DNA of 64,000 bases from Takakia lepidozioides (Eukaryota; Plantae; Bryophyta): assembly GCA_030704615.1 (NCBI GenBank), contig CM060733.1:8370001-8434000 (forward strand), given 5' to 3'. The notes beneath the pieces are model-generated. The model made no database searches. It was given only the letters and a program-made list of their open reading frames with translations, and was not told the origin of the DNA. Of the stretch, positions 1 to 11,797 are shown piece by piece. A program made the translations under genes and the position numbers. Position 1 is the first letter of the stretch. Every line of letters starts with the position of its first letter.

Positions 1-212
1 ATCATTTGATCATAGGTCTCCAAAGCCTCCGTACCACGTCCATGTTGTGCATACTGCAAGCATCGCGTTCCACGACACCACATCTCGTTCAGCCATATTG
101 TTGAAAACTCCTTTCGAATCCTTAATGCACCCACATTTGGCATACATGTCCACCAGGGCAGTGTTCATAATGACATCCGGTACAATTCCAGCTTTGACAA
201 TGTCACCATCGA
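1..212 (-). pseudogene. PLS-class pentatricopeptide repeat (PPR) gene fragment
   Basis: Minus strand reads GDIVKAGIVPDVIMNTALVDMYAKCGCIKDSKGVFNNMAERDVVSWNAML, then frameshifts; near-copy of the PPR units at 62487-64000. Confidence 0.85.
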
Positions 213-220
213 CCTCTTTC

Positions 221-2157
221 TGGCCCTCTTGGATGAATCTGGACCCACACTCTATCCCTGCTCCTTCAGCTATCCATGGCTATGCACAAATCATGCATAC
301 ATCTTTGCCTTGCTGCTAGCAGCTGATGATGATAGCCTAGATTTGTTCTAAGAAACACCCAACTCAACTTATCACACTTGTTCCTATGCTCAATTGCATC
401 TGCTACTCTCTATAATCAAACAGACATTCACCTTCTTGCCTCGATTGTCCCACCATTGACTGGGTAAGAAAAATATGATTCCACAGCTTCACCCCATCTA
501 TGTTACCTGTTTTTGGATACTTTCCTATTGTCACATTGGCAGTATCATGTCAAAGTCACTCCAACTATCAAATGTTCACTCAACCAGCTAACTTGCAAAA
601 TTCAACATGGAATCTTAGGGTCGATTCTGATAAGAAGGAAAAACAAGGTGAAATGTGTTGAAGAAGGTGCCTTCCTTAGCAGTGCCTGATTTTATCGATT
701 CCGTCGCCGCTGCTACAGCTTCCAGTTGACCATCTACCCATGCAGGTTGCTGCTAGTAGCTATTGATCCACAGGGAATCGTAGGTAATCTGGAGCTTGAA
801 GTCCGGCCCTCTTCGATGAATCTGGACCCACACTCTATCCCTGCTCCTTCAGCTATCCATGCCTCTGCCCATCATGCATTCACCCTTGCCTTGCTGCTAG
901 CAGCTGACAATGAAAGCCTCGAATTGTTCTAGGAAACACCCAACTCAACTTATCACACTAGTTCCTATGCTCAATTGCATCTTCTACTCTCTCTATTCCA
1001 ACAGGCATTCACCTTTTTGCCTTGATTGTCCCACCGTTGACTGGGGTCAGAAAAGTATTCATTCCACAGCTTCTTGTGGTCTCCGTTACCTGTTTCTGGA
1101 TTCTTTCCTGTTGTCACATTGGCAGTATCATGTCAAAGTCACTCCAAACCACAAAGGTTCAATCAACCATCTAACTTACAGAATTCAACATGAAAATTTA
1201 GAGCCGCTACTGATAAGAGGGAAATTAAGGGTGAAATGTGTTGAAGAAGGTGCCTCCATTAGCAGTGCATTGTTCTATCAATTGTGCTGCTGCTGCTGCG
1301 GCTTCTAGTTGGCTCTGAACCCACTAAGCAACTCAAACTAATTTGAACATTAGACATTTTCCCACTCGTAGATGGGTACCTTACATCTGGCAATGATTCT
1401 GAGACAGGCCAGAGGGTGCCCTCATCCCTGACCACTGTGAACAGAGTGTCTGAACTTGAGTGTGCCCCTGGAATGCCAATCGGACTACTCTTACCCCAGT
1501 TCGGATTCTGATCATTGTTGTCATCGCCTGAAGAATTAGCTTGCCCTTCCCCTTCATCCTCCTCACTTGTCATTGCATCAAAGTAAAAACAATTTTGACT
1601 TGTTGCCCGTGTATCAAATGATAGGGAGCGCCCAGCCTCATCCTCTACCTTGTTTCCTTCTTGTTCCATGTCCATCTCCTTGACCTCATCAACCTCACTT
1701 CTGCATCTCCTAGTGTCCAAATGCGCGCTGGTCTCTTGACATATCCCTACACCCTCCACTCCCTTGCTCTGACTGAGTTCTCCATCTATTACAACCTCAT
1801 CGTTGTCAGGGAACGCCAAATGCATTGAATTCTTTGGAGGTCCTCCTTGTTTATCGCCTTCCTCTGCAGCATCCTCTTTCTTCAGTTCATGCTTATCTTC
1901 ATCATACAACCCTTCAGAAAATACCATCTTTGTCAGGACTGGTTGCTAAGGTGGTCGATCGTACCAGGGCATACTCTGTTTTTTGAGCACAACTCGTCTT
2001 CAGCATCCATGGGAGATGTCACAACACGACCTACCCATGCAGGTTTCTTGTAGCTATTGATCCACAGGGAGTCATACGTAATCTGGAGCTTGAAATCTGG
2101 CCCTCTTGAATGAATCTGGACCCACACTCTATCCTTGCTCCTTCAGCTATCCCATGC
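221..2157. repeat. Degenerate tandem duplication (about 585-bp unit plus a longer about 1.3-kb unit)
   Basis: GGCCCTCTT..ATGAATCTGGACCCACACTCTATCC.TGCTCCTTCAGCTATCC recurs at about 222, 805 and 2099; 280-730 aligns with 860-1310; 735-860 aligns with 2030-2157. The acidic low-complexity ORF 1259-1927(-) lies in the unshared part. Confidence 0.8.
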
Positions 2158-2637
2158 AGATCCACCCAACGAGCTAAATTACAAAATTCAAAATGCAAAT
2201 TCAGGGACGAGCCTGATGAGAGGGCAAAACAGGCTGAAATAGGTTGAAGAAGAAGGTGCCCTCACCACATTGTCCTCGACCTTGTGTCATGACTTGCTCC
2301 CCACTGTCTGTACCGAAAGTGCCAAAACGCCAACCAGTCTTCCAATGCTCTAATACTCTCAAGCGATGCAGCTCCAAACGAGAACCACATGGCACGAATT
2401 GTCTGGAACAAAGTGCTCGCCTCCGCCATTGTTTTCGCATCTTTGTACTCTTTGCACAACTTACGATGTTATGTCTGCATCTTAGGTTTGATGTCTGACT
2501 TTGTAGTTTTCTCCAGAGATTGTGTCCAATGGAACAGACATGTACGCTCTCTACCCTCCATTGGCACTTTTGGGTCCCCCGATCCGAAGACAATTCGAAC
2601 AGCATTGAAATTCGTCTGAGCACTATCTGCCATGAAA

Positions 2638-3857
2638 CCCGGTGAAGTCACTTCCAAAAATTTCCAACCGACGTGCAAAAAAATATAGAGTGCAATTTAT
2701 TCAGAAAAGATAAAAATTAGAAAACATTTAAAAGTAATAAAAGGTACATTATATTGTGATCAGGGAATTTAAATTAATATAGGGTATTAAATAATGATTC
2801 ATTTTTATTAAAAAAATTACTATAGGGTTGAGATAATACCTATGAAAAATTCCAAAAATATATATATATGTTCTTAGGGGAAGGATATAGACATTTGTAT
2901 GTAGCTTACTGGTAAAATGGTGGCTCGGTAGGATTCAAAAAATGAGAAGGAAGGCAGGGAGCAGGTGGGGGATATCGCGACAGCCTATTGATCTCCTAAA
3001 TATACCAACCACACCAGTTATGGTGTTATTAAACTACTTCTCAAAATCTAGAGGACAATTTAAATTCAAATATGATCATACCGACAACAAGTGAATAGAT
3101 GTAGACTCAATTATTAGTTCAGTCTATGACTTTCGATAGAGCGCAAAACGTTTATACTTTGAAGAAAGCCCACTTTGCTATTTTTTCTCGCATTTCCAAT
3201 GACCCAAAGCACTTGAAATTCCAGATCTCCCACACCGCTGGTCCAAAAATCATGAGACCAAGCCGGTGCACCCCTTCTCACCGTTGGCTTTCCAACGACA
3301 CCAAGCACCCGCGCTAGGGCCCGCGGTTTGGGAGATCTCAACGACGCTACAAAACAAAACAAAACAAAACAAACGTCTCGCTTCATATATTGATTTGATA
3401 CCACACCGGGATGAAGCCTAATATGTGATCAATGTCTTGACGCCAATTAACGTACATGTTCTAGAGCAGGTAGTCATTTCCGGGGTGGGAATGGCCAACT
3501 CCTCCCCCCCTCCCCCTCTCCTACCCATCTTCACCCTTCACAGGGAGGCATGCATTCGGCCCTTGTTTCAACTTGCAACAGAATGATGCGAATGCTTTAA
3601 ATGAATTTATTTCAACCAAATAATAAATTCATTTGTCTTGTTGAAAAAAATATTTTATTGTATTATTAATATAGGGTGTCTAATATTTGTTTGAAACAAA
3701 AATTATAATTAAAATAACATGCCAAAAATTCACCATATTACAAAATTATGTAATTATAGGGTACTAAAAAATACTTAAAGTAAAAGTAATACCCCCCTAC
3801 AAAACACCCATTTATCTCACGTGCCCTATACAAGTGATAGGGAGTGACTTCCTTGGG
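2638..3857. mobile_element. Non-autonomous AT-rich TIR element (1220 bp) with 8-bp TSD
   Basis: Left end CCCGGTGAAGTCACTTCC and right end GGAGTGACTTCCTTGGG are imperfect inverted repeats; CCATGAAA is duplicated at 2630-2637 and 3858-3865; removing the element restores transposase FVGFMADS. Confidence 0.9.
3114..3393 (-). mobile_element. Possible short Helitron-like repeat nested in the TIR element
   Basis: GC-richer island in AT-rich DNA; on the minus strand it starts A|TC and ends CTAA|T with a weak subterminal hairpin; carries a (GTTTT)n tract. No TSD. Confidence 0.35.
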
Positions 3858-6800
3858 CCATGAAACCAACAAAATTTGGAGATGGCACCCCAGGGCAGCC
3901 CATAACACAAATAAGCGATTTCCACATTAGCTTCTGGGATTCGGTATCCTCGGATTGCATGTCGCACACTGCAATTGTTATAACTCGTTGGTATACAGGA
4001 TCGTACACATGACAAGCCATTGTCGTCCACTCTTTCACTCGTTTCACATGATCAAACATAAGAAAACATTTCTCCAGGTCACCACTCTTCTGTATCCGCT
4101 TCACGAGGCTGACCCCGCTGCCCTCCCCAACAGTCGACATTTTGAAAAAGAATACTTTCGTCGCACCTTGACCTGGAAACACATTGTCCTGGATGTAGTC
4201 GTACTTACTCCTTCGTTTCAAATCCAAAATGTTGTCTATGTAGCCTCTATTCCCCGAGCCCATTCTCAATGCATTCACCTGATGCCGAATGTTAGGCAAA
4301 CTTAAAGTTGAGAAATGATCCATGACAATGTCCAATGCTGGTATGTCAAGTTTACTGCCCACAGAATCCCCTGCACTCAAAATATGGCTCTTCACGAAGC
4401 TCTTGCTTGCGGCAAGAGCAATTGCAGATGTGGTTGCCGTTGGGTTGCTCTCGTACTCTTGTTTAATTAACCTTGACACTGTTTCAAGACTTTCCCTGTA
4501 ATCCCCCTTTGAGACAGGCTGGTTATGAAAACCAAAATGTACACAAGCTCTTGTCATTGTTTTCAAACGGTGGATCACATAGTACATTCTTGCTCCACAT
4601 ACCGCCAGGCAGGATGAGACAAGTCTGCAGAATTTGCAAATGAAAGTGTTTGCCGGTGGAGGAGCCGCCCCAGGCTTAAATGGATTTTCGGCGATACCCT
4701 CCCACTCGCTTTGGTTATGAACCCCTGACTGAAGAAAGTGCCTGCAATTGAAATTGTCGCACCTCAGGTGTCCATTGCGAACACAAGTTTGTCATGATTT
4801 TGAATATTGCATGTTTTCGTTCTGCGCCATGGGTGTCCATCGTGTTTCTTGTCCATCCCTTGCATCAGGCTTGATATACCTCCAACTCGTGGAGGAGGAG
4901 ACAGCTCGAAGAGGATATCCCCATCAAACGTCTCTGGCAGAAACTTCACATGCACCTGCTTGAAAGTGTCACAACCAATTCCCCGCAACTCACTTTTGAA
5001 ACCGGCCATTCCTCCCATTGCCCGTAGTTTTTGAATTACACTACATATCTCTTCTACATCTGCTTCCACAAGTAGCGGATGATGCACCGCAGACGGGATT
5101 TCGGTGATAGCTTCATCGGACGAATCCAAAAGTTCAACGACTGCAGTGGAGGATGTTTGCTCTTTTTTCACTGTCACGTCCCTTTTGTCTTGAACCACAG
5201 AAGTAGCCGTCCCCGGCATCACATATGATCCAAGAGACTTTCACCGAGGCTCTCCAAGGCCCCTATATCTCCCAGGAGGCACTCTCCACTGGCTGACCTG
5301 AGCCGTCTCATCACGGTTTTGGAACGAGTATTTCAACAACTTCCCGTCCAAATCGTACACCTCTTTCTCCAAGAAGATCGAGCCATTCTGCAGCTCAAAC
5401 CAAGTAGCCAAGACATGTTTGAGTATAACTGCAAATCCATTGTCAAGGGCTTCTTTGGAGAAGGGCACTGATTTTTCGTCAGAAAAGAACTCCGCTTCAA
5501 AGGAAGCCATGTTACCTCTTCTCGCAGGGTGTTTTCTTTTCTTTGCGGCAAATTTGTGAAGTCAGCTGAGTCAGGTCTACACTACAGTGGAGAAGCATGC
5601 GCATAGTAAATGTGAAAGTACTCGTTCCATGAAGAATGTGCACATTCTGTTATGACGTAAAGTTAACTGTGAGCTGCCGCTGGCACTTTCTTCATGTCAA
5701 TCCGCCGTCAATTTACGTGTCAGAGCTGCAGGCGGCATTGTGTTCTGAGCATGGTCCACCCAATTTTAGAGGGTACACCAAAAACAATAAAATGCTGCCG
5801 ACTTCCCATAAGCGCACTACAGGATCTGATTATGGCATGGTAACGGAAGTACATACAACGTCTATGCTCCCATGACTACATACACTCTACTGGATCATGT
5901 GGAAATGGAATATACCATGATTATGTGGATCACATGGCCCCCAACTTTCCACGCACGCATGTTCCATGAAATCCTATGGAGGCCTCTCCCTAACCATTTT
6001 TTTATATCTCATATGTGAAGATGAAATTAATCAAGCCTGTTAGAGGGCTGTCTGGGACTTAGACACTTTTATGGGTTCTGTGGGGTACCCTTAATTTTTG
6101 CATAGACTTACGGATGGTAGACTTGGACCAGTATAGGCCTTAGGGGTTGTAGCCAGCTTATACCTTCAGTCACACCTTACGCCAGCCTGACATAGCTTAT
6201 ACACAGTCACAACGCAGCCTGACATACACACGCCTTACACAGTTTATCACAGTCTATCATAGCCTTACACAGCCCGACACAGCTTCACGCAGCCAGTCAC
6301 AGCCCGACACACAGCCCGACACAGTCCGACATAGCCAGTCACAGCTCGGCACAGTCACAGCCGACACAGTTGGGCACAGCCCGTCACAACATTCGCAGGG
6401 AACGGTTATTAGCGGCAGGGAACAAGTGTGTGGGAACGACATTTGCAGTGGGAACGTGCATTCTGTCTGGACGACAGTTAGTTAATTAGGCGGTTAAAAC
6501 AGCTTGCAGGTAGATTAGGCAAGTAGCAACAGGGTGGGGGGGGGCAGGGGGGGGGGGGGGGGGGGGGACACTCTAATGGACACATTTTCTGGCATCACGA
6601 CTTGGCCTTCAGGGAGAGAGGACGATCGGGAGCTCAGGAATGGAGAGCGTAGTGAAGGGGGTTGCTATTCCATGAGCTCATGAGCGGTGAGCTCATGAGC
6701 TCATGAGCGGGCATGGCTCACCCATGAGCCGCAAAGTAACACACTTCGAATTTCGGCAGATTTTTTTCGGGCCCAAAACTATAAAATAATCAAAAATCGA

Positions 6801-6914
6801 AGATTTCCGCGCTCATGCTGGAAGCACTCCACTCATGAGTACCAGTGTACGCTCATGACTTGGAGCCCAGGCTCATGGACCGCTAGGCCAGGTCATAGAA
6901 AAACTGAATTCTGG

Positions 6915-7410
6915 GCAATAAACGGCACCGAAATATCCCAGAGGCAGAGACGCAAGCGGAATTAGGATCCGGGTTTGCAGACTCCGAAAACGCAATGGCG
7001 ACCTATAACCGTGGATAGTACTGTTGCAGAAGTGCATGATGGTTGGGTATAACGGCGCCGTAATTGGGCACAGGAAAAGAAATAGCCGGCTGAAGGCTCG
7101 GGAGTGAAGCCAACAACGGTGAAAGTAATTGGGCTCCGCCAACCAAATACCCGGCTGCGTCCTCCGGAGTGTAGGCGATAAAGGTGCCGAAATGGGCCCC
7201 GAAAATCAAATACTCGGTTGAAGCCACCGGAGTGCAGCCGATAACGGCGCGCCGAATTGGGTCCGGAAACCAAATACCCGGCTGAAGGCTAGGGATTGCA
7301 ACCAATAACGGCGCCGAAATTCACCTGCGGAAAAAAATTCTCGGCTGAAGCTTCCGCACTCCATCCAATAACGGCGCCAAAATTGGGCTCCGGAGAGCAA
7401 ATACCCGCCT
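6915..7410. repeat. Left subterminal repeat array (about 63-bp period)
   Basis: Degenerate unit AATAACGGCGCCGAAATTGGG...AAATACCCGGCTGAAG; clear copies at about 6918, 7048, 7112, 7178, 7241, 7304 and 7368. Confidence 0.8.
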
Positions 7411-7505
7411 TACGGTAAGGGAGGCCTTGCTCTCATTTTGCTCTTCACTCTTCTCTGTTGTGCCCATCTCCTCCCTGCTTTGAGTTCGTGCTATGTCATG
7501 AGGCC

Positions 7506-8057
7506 ATGTCGTGCCCGAATCACATCTATCGACGCCAGACGGGAGTCATTTTCCCGAAAGCAGACGACATCATTGTTTTCCTGGATGTTTATAGGGACGA
7601 TCCTCGACTTGTCCAGCTCAGAGCAATGGAGTTTCTTCCAGGATTGCACGATTCTCCTGGACCCCGGCTGGGGAGCAGGTGGTTCCTACGCATCATGGAC
7701 CTGGACTTTCCGCATGAGTGGGAGCCGAACAGATCACGCACAGCGTTGCTGTATCGCTGGAATTGTTGCGAGTGGACGTATGATGAGTGCATAGGTGAAA
7801 ACTTTACGCGTGGACAGATTGGCTCGGAAAGTGGGGACATTCTCTTCAGTTATGAGGATGAGGAGGAGGGGAACACAGGGCCCACTGTGAAAATGTCCTT
7901 CTACCAAGGGGGCGCTATCGATAAACACGACATCCTCGTTAGTTTCAACCGGGCGACAGAAACCACTGACATTTTGTTCAAATATAGGCACCCGGTCACT
8001 CAGGAGGTCCTTGAGAGGCCAGTTAGAGTTCCTTCTTCTTGGGCGAGGGGACCATAG
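7506..8057 (+). CDS. Hypothetical 183-aa cargo ORF inside the Mutator-like element
   Basis: Uninterrupted ATG-to-stop frame (MSCPNHIYRRQ...SSWARGP) with globular composition; no family recognised. Confidence 0.45.
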   Translation: MSCPNHIYRRQTGVIFPKADDIIVFLDVYRDDPRLVQLRAMEFLPGLHDSPGPRLGSRWFLRIMDLDFPHEWEPNRSRTALLYRWNCCEWTYDECIGENFTRGQIGSESGDILFSYEDEEEGNTGPTVKMSFYQGGAIDKHDILVSFNRATETTDILFKYRHPVTQEVLERPVRVPSSWARGP

Positions 8058-8740
8058 GTCTTGCATGCTAGAGTAGACATGTTTCGACTCGCCGATACTC
8101 ATGGCACATACATTTTCATTCAGAAATCAAGCAGCTTCCCTGTGCCATATGGGGAATATACATGCTTGGATAATCTTCTGTTAAGGTTTTTTGCAATTCA
8201 CTGCCAGTATGCTGGGACGTGTCCTTTGTCGTATGGATTGCTGTTTGCACAAAGTGCAGTATGCAAATGCTGGAATGTGCAGTAGGACCCTTCCCACTGG
8301 GACACAGAACTAGCAATCTTGTAAAGACATCACATTTGCAGAACAGTAACAATGTATTTGTAGCAAATTGGAGTCTTCTCATAGAGGTGGACGAAAACGC
8401 CAGGATGGGCTGCGAAATCACTACAAATTGAATGAAGAGCAGTAACAATGAAGCACTATGCAGTACATAGACCATAAACGGCGCTGAAATAGGCCTCAAT
8501 GCCCGTTAATCTCCACACAATGTATGCTTTACTCGGATCCATTTGTAGACAACCAAAATAAAAAAAGCATGCGCATGCCATTCATGGCCAAAAACCACAT
8601 TCTCATGTATTGCGGCACCAAAATTCATATGTAGCCATGGCGATGCGGCACCACCAAGTGTATAATTCCTCCAAAAAAAATAGGGTGCAAGAAGATGAAT
8701 GTAATATAATTGCCACTTTCTCCTTCCCGAATGTGGAATG

Positions 8741-9143
8741 TCAAGCAGTCCGACCAGTGTCATGTCGTAGGGCCTTGTGCAGCTCGTTGAAACTCAGTGT
8801 TGGAGCATGGATGAAGACGTCCACTGCGGATATGCAACTCATGCGCTTCAGAAAAAATGTAATAAAGGTGTTTGCAGGGGACGTATGCTCCATTCTTCGA
8901 TTCCATAACAAGGAAGTCCTCACAGTTGCAAGCTGGGTACTGTGAAACCGTGATTGTATACATGACACTGCGCGCAGCAGACCCGGCTGTTGACAACTGA
9001 AATATGCGCCCCATCCCGGGGTGAGGAACATCCCTGCAACCTTGCACTATGCAGGGCATTGCAAGAGCGTTGGCCATCCTGGTGTCATTCGCCTTTGTTG
9101 GTGCCGCCGTCTTTTCAGTTTCCCCCACCGATGGGTGGGCCAA
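8741..9143 (-). pseudogene. SWIM zinc-finger C-terminus of a MULE-type transposase (remnant)
   Basis: YTITVSQYPACNCEDF...YVPCKHLYYIF (CxC...CxH), continuing after a frameshift into LKRMSCISAVDVFIHAPTLSFNEL. Confidence 0.75.
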
Positions 9144-9534
9144 GCTGCGGGGTCACCCACCGGTATGCGGGGCGAAGAGCTTCTCGTGGGAGGAGGATTA
9201 CGACTGGGAATTGGATTTCGTGGAACGTATTTTAGCTTTCAGAGAATCAGGATGGAAGTACACGTTTACCCAAACACGGGAGTCCATGTTGAAGACGGGA
9301 CCTCTCGGTACGCTCCGCAGCGAAGTCCTGCAGTGAGAAGAGTGTGTCCTACCTAATAACACAAATGATTTTCTGGAGGATTCCGTATCCAACAGGATGG
9401 GTGATCAGTGCACGTAAAGATGAAGGTATGTAACGTACATTACAAAAACGGACGACAACAGCAAGTTCACATCGGATATTTGGTGCCTGAATTGTAATGT
9501 ACAACCACTTGGGCTACAATAAATCAGGCCTTCC

Positions 9535-9935
9535 CATGAATTTCGGCACCAAATCTGGATGAACATCTCTGTCATGTAACAACTTTGGAAGCCAGGGGAT
9601 GAATTCCGGCGACAGAAATAGTAATTTGTTCACCTCATGAAACTGACCAAGCATCCAACGGATGGATTTCGGTGCCGAAATTCGGATGAACATCTTCTTC
9701 ATCAAATTGTTTCTGCACATGAGGGTTGAATTTGGATGCCAAAATACAGATGAATGTGTTCCTGATTACAGTCGTGATTCACCACGTGTCCGGATATCGG
9801 TGCCGACATCCGAATGACAGTAATCCTGAATCGGCAGAATGGATGTATTTCGGCGCCGAAATTCATTCTTCATCTCCTTTTCCGACCCTAATTCTGCTGC
9901 CCTGCGGATGGATTTCGGTGCCGAAATTCATCTGA

Positions 9936-9968
<33 letters not shown>

Positions 9969-11290
9969 GACAGATGAACTTCGGCGCCGAATCTCATCCA
10001 AGTCCTCCCTTCTAATTTTCCTTTTTCTTCGCGAGCAATGAATTTCGGCGCCGAAATTCATCCGAAGTCCTCCCGAATTTATTTTTTTCTCCGCGAGCAA
10101 TGAGTTTCAGCGCCGAAATTCATCCGAAGTCCTCTCGAAATTTTTTTTTTTCCTTCGCCAGCAATGAATTTCGGCGCCGAAATTCATCCGAAGTCCTCCC
10201 GAATTTTTTTTTTCTTCGCCAGCAATGAATTTCGGCGCCGAAATTCATCCGAAGTCCTCCCGATTTTTTTTTTTTTCTCGCGAGCAATGAATTTCGGCGC
10301 CGAAATTCAACCGACTCCATCCCTCCAAATTCTTTTCAGGGTTTGAGCGCCGGATTTCGGCGCCGAAATTCATCCAATGCCCTCCCTCCAATATTTATTT
10401 TTCTTTGAAATGGATGAATTTCGGCGCCGAAATTCATCCTTACTGTCCGCAATGAGTAACTCTAATATTACATTTTCTATGCGACGGATGAATTTCGGCG
10501 CCGAAATTCGTCCAAACTCGACACTTACTATTTGCTTCTGGATGATATAATTTTCCGTAAATCGTTGGAAATACCCCGTTCCGACGAAGATAACAGGAAT
10601 ATTCTGCATTTAATGGAGAAATCGGCATATTGAACCCATTCTGTCAAAATTAATTGTATTTTAGCCGTTTTTTTCATTTGAAACCGACAGTATCCATTAA
10701 GTGGTCTTTTTCGCACGGGACGTTGCCGCACATAAAGTATTCGGCGCCGAAATTATAGTTAAATGTCCAGAAATGGCAAGTCCAACAGGCATGGACAGCA
10801 TCCGTCAGGGGCAATGATGGCGGCAAAGCATAGCATGGTGCCGATTTAGTCTTCGCTCTGGATGAATTTCGGCGCCGAAATATGGATGATTTCACCTCGT
10901 CTACGCGTGGACGGAGATATTCGTAATGAATTTCGGCGCCGAAATATGGATGAAATGTGCCCAAGTGCAGCCGTTTCCACTGTTCCGGAATTAATTCCGG
11001 CTCCGATATCCCACTGACAGGTTTGCTCATGACGAATGAGGACTTGGGAAGCGATGAATTGCGGCGCCGAAATTTGTAAGTTTGTGTACGAAAGCACTTG
11101 AATAGGATGAATTTTGGCGCCGAAATTCATCCGTCCGCTGATGAAACGTACCGACCTGACTGTTGAATGTCATAGGCAGGGGATTTTCATGGCGGTTGGG
11201 TTTCATGATGTGCGGATATTTCATTCAATGTCGGCTGCTCCGGGAACAGCATCCGGTGAACGGAAGATATTTCGGTGCCGCAATTCGGAT
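9535..11290. repeat. Array of GGCGCC-centred palindromes
   Basis: Consensus GGATGAATTTCGGCGCCGAAATTCATCC is a perfect 28-bp palindrome (10412-10439); about 16 copies at about 63-bp spacing in 9538-10510 and further copies to about 11285. Confidence 0.92.
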
Positions 11291-11797
11291 AAACCATCTT
11301 GTACTGGTGGCTGGAACTGGCACGCGTCGTGTTCCAGTCGACTTCATCCGTGCGAACGTGTCAGGGGTCACAATCTCTTCATCACCCATACGGCAGAAAG
11401 TGGTGGACGGTGGCAACGCTTCGGGAGACGTGGCTGCTTACACATCTGCTCGTGTAGAGTGGTTGCATGTTCCACCGCTTCGCTCTCTCGCTCCTTGCCC
11501 TTCTGCAGTGACATTCTCCTACGTTTCCTCTCCTTATGCGGCATAGTGGTAGCATAGAGTTTGTGGAAGGTCAGGTGACTCCGGCAAAGAGAAGGAGGAC
11601 GCGGGATTTTGGGAAGCCGCCGACGACACGACTTAAGCTCCGTCTCATGCATGAAATGTAGACCTCGTTATCCGGAGACTCGGATCGCCCACCAGTGAGA
11701 GATTCGTGCTTTGCGGATGTGAAGCACTCCATACGCAATATTCCTTTTACACCTTTTTTTTTGCGTGCAGTGTCTCATGTTTTCCTATTTGTTTGAC

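Larger units (their letters stand above)
2297..5510 (-). pseudogene. Mutator-like (MULE) DDE transposase, frameshifted, interrupted and 3'-truncated
   Basis: ORF pieces 5241-5510, 4764-5222, 3826-4587, 2469-2637 and 2262-2459 join. They give a Cys/His-rich N-terminal region (GHLRCDNFNC...CKFC...C...H.G.H), MFDHVKRVKEWTTMACHVYD, FVGFMADSAQ, the CxxH motif TCLFHWTQSL and WLAFWHFRYRQWG. Confidence 0.8.

Noticed and set aside
2638-3857. Insertion acting as a spliceable intron
   Set aside because: No GT/AG at the boundaries on the transposase strand; the frame stops within 10 codons of entry.
6533-6568. Long poly-G tract as a functional G-quadruplex
   Set aside because: Absent from the other LTR copies; likely slippage or sequencing artefact.
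9535-10510. CRISPR array (about 28-bp palindromic repeats with about 35-bp spacers)
   Set aside because: Plant nuclear TE context, no cas genes, degenerate repeats, and central spacers that are copies of each other.
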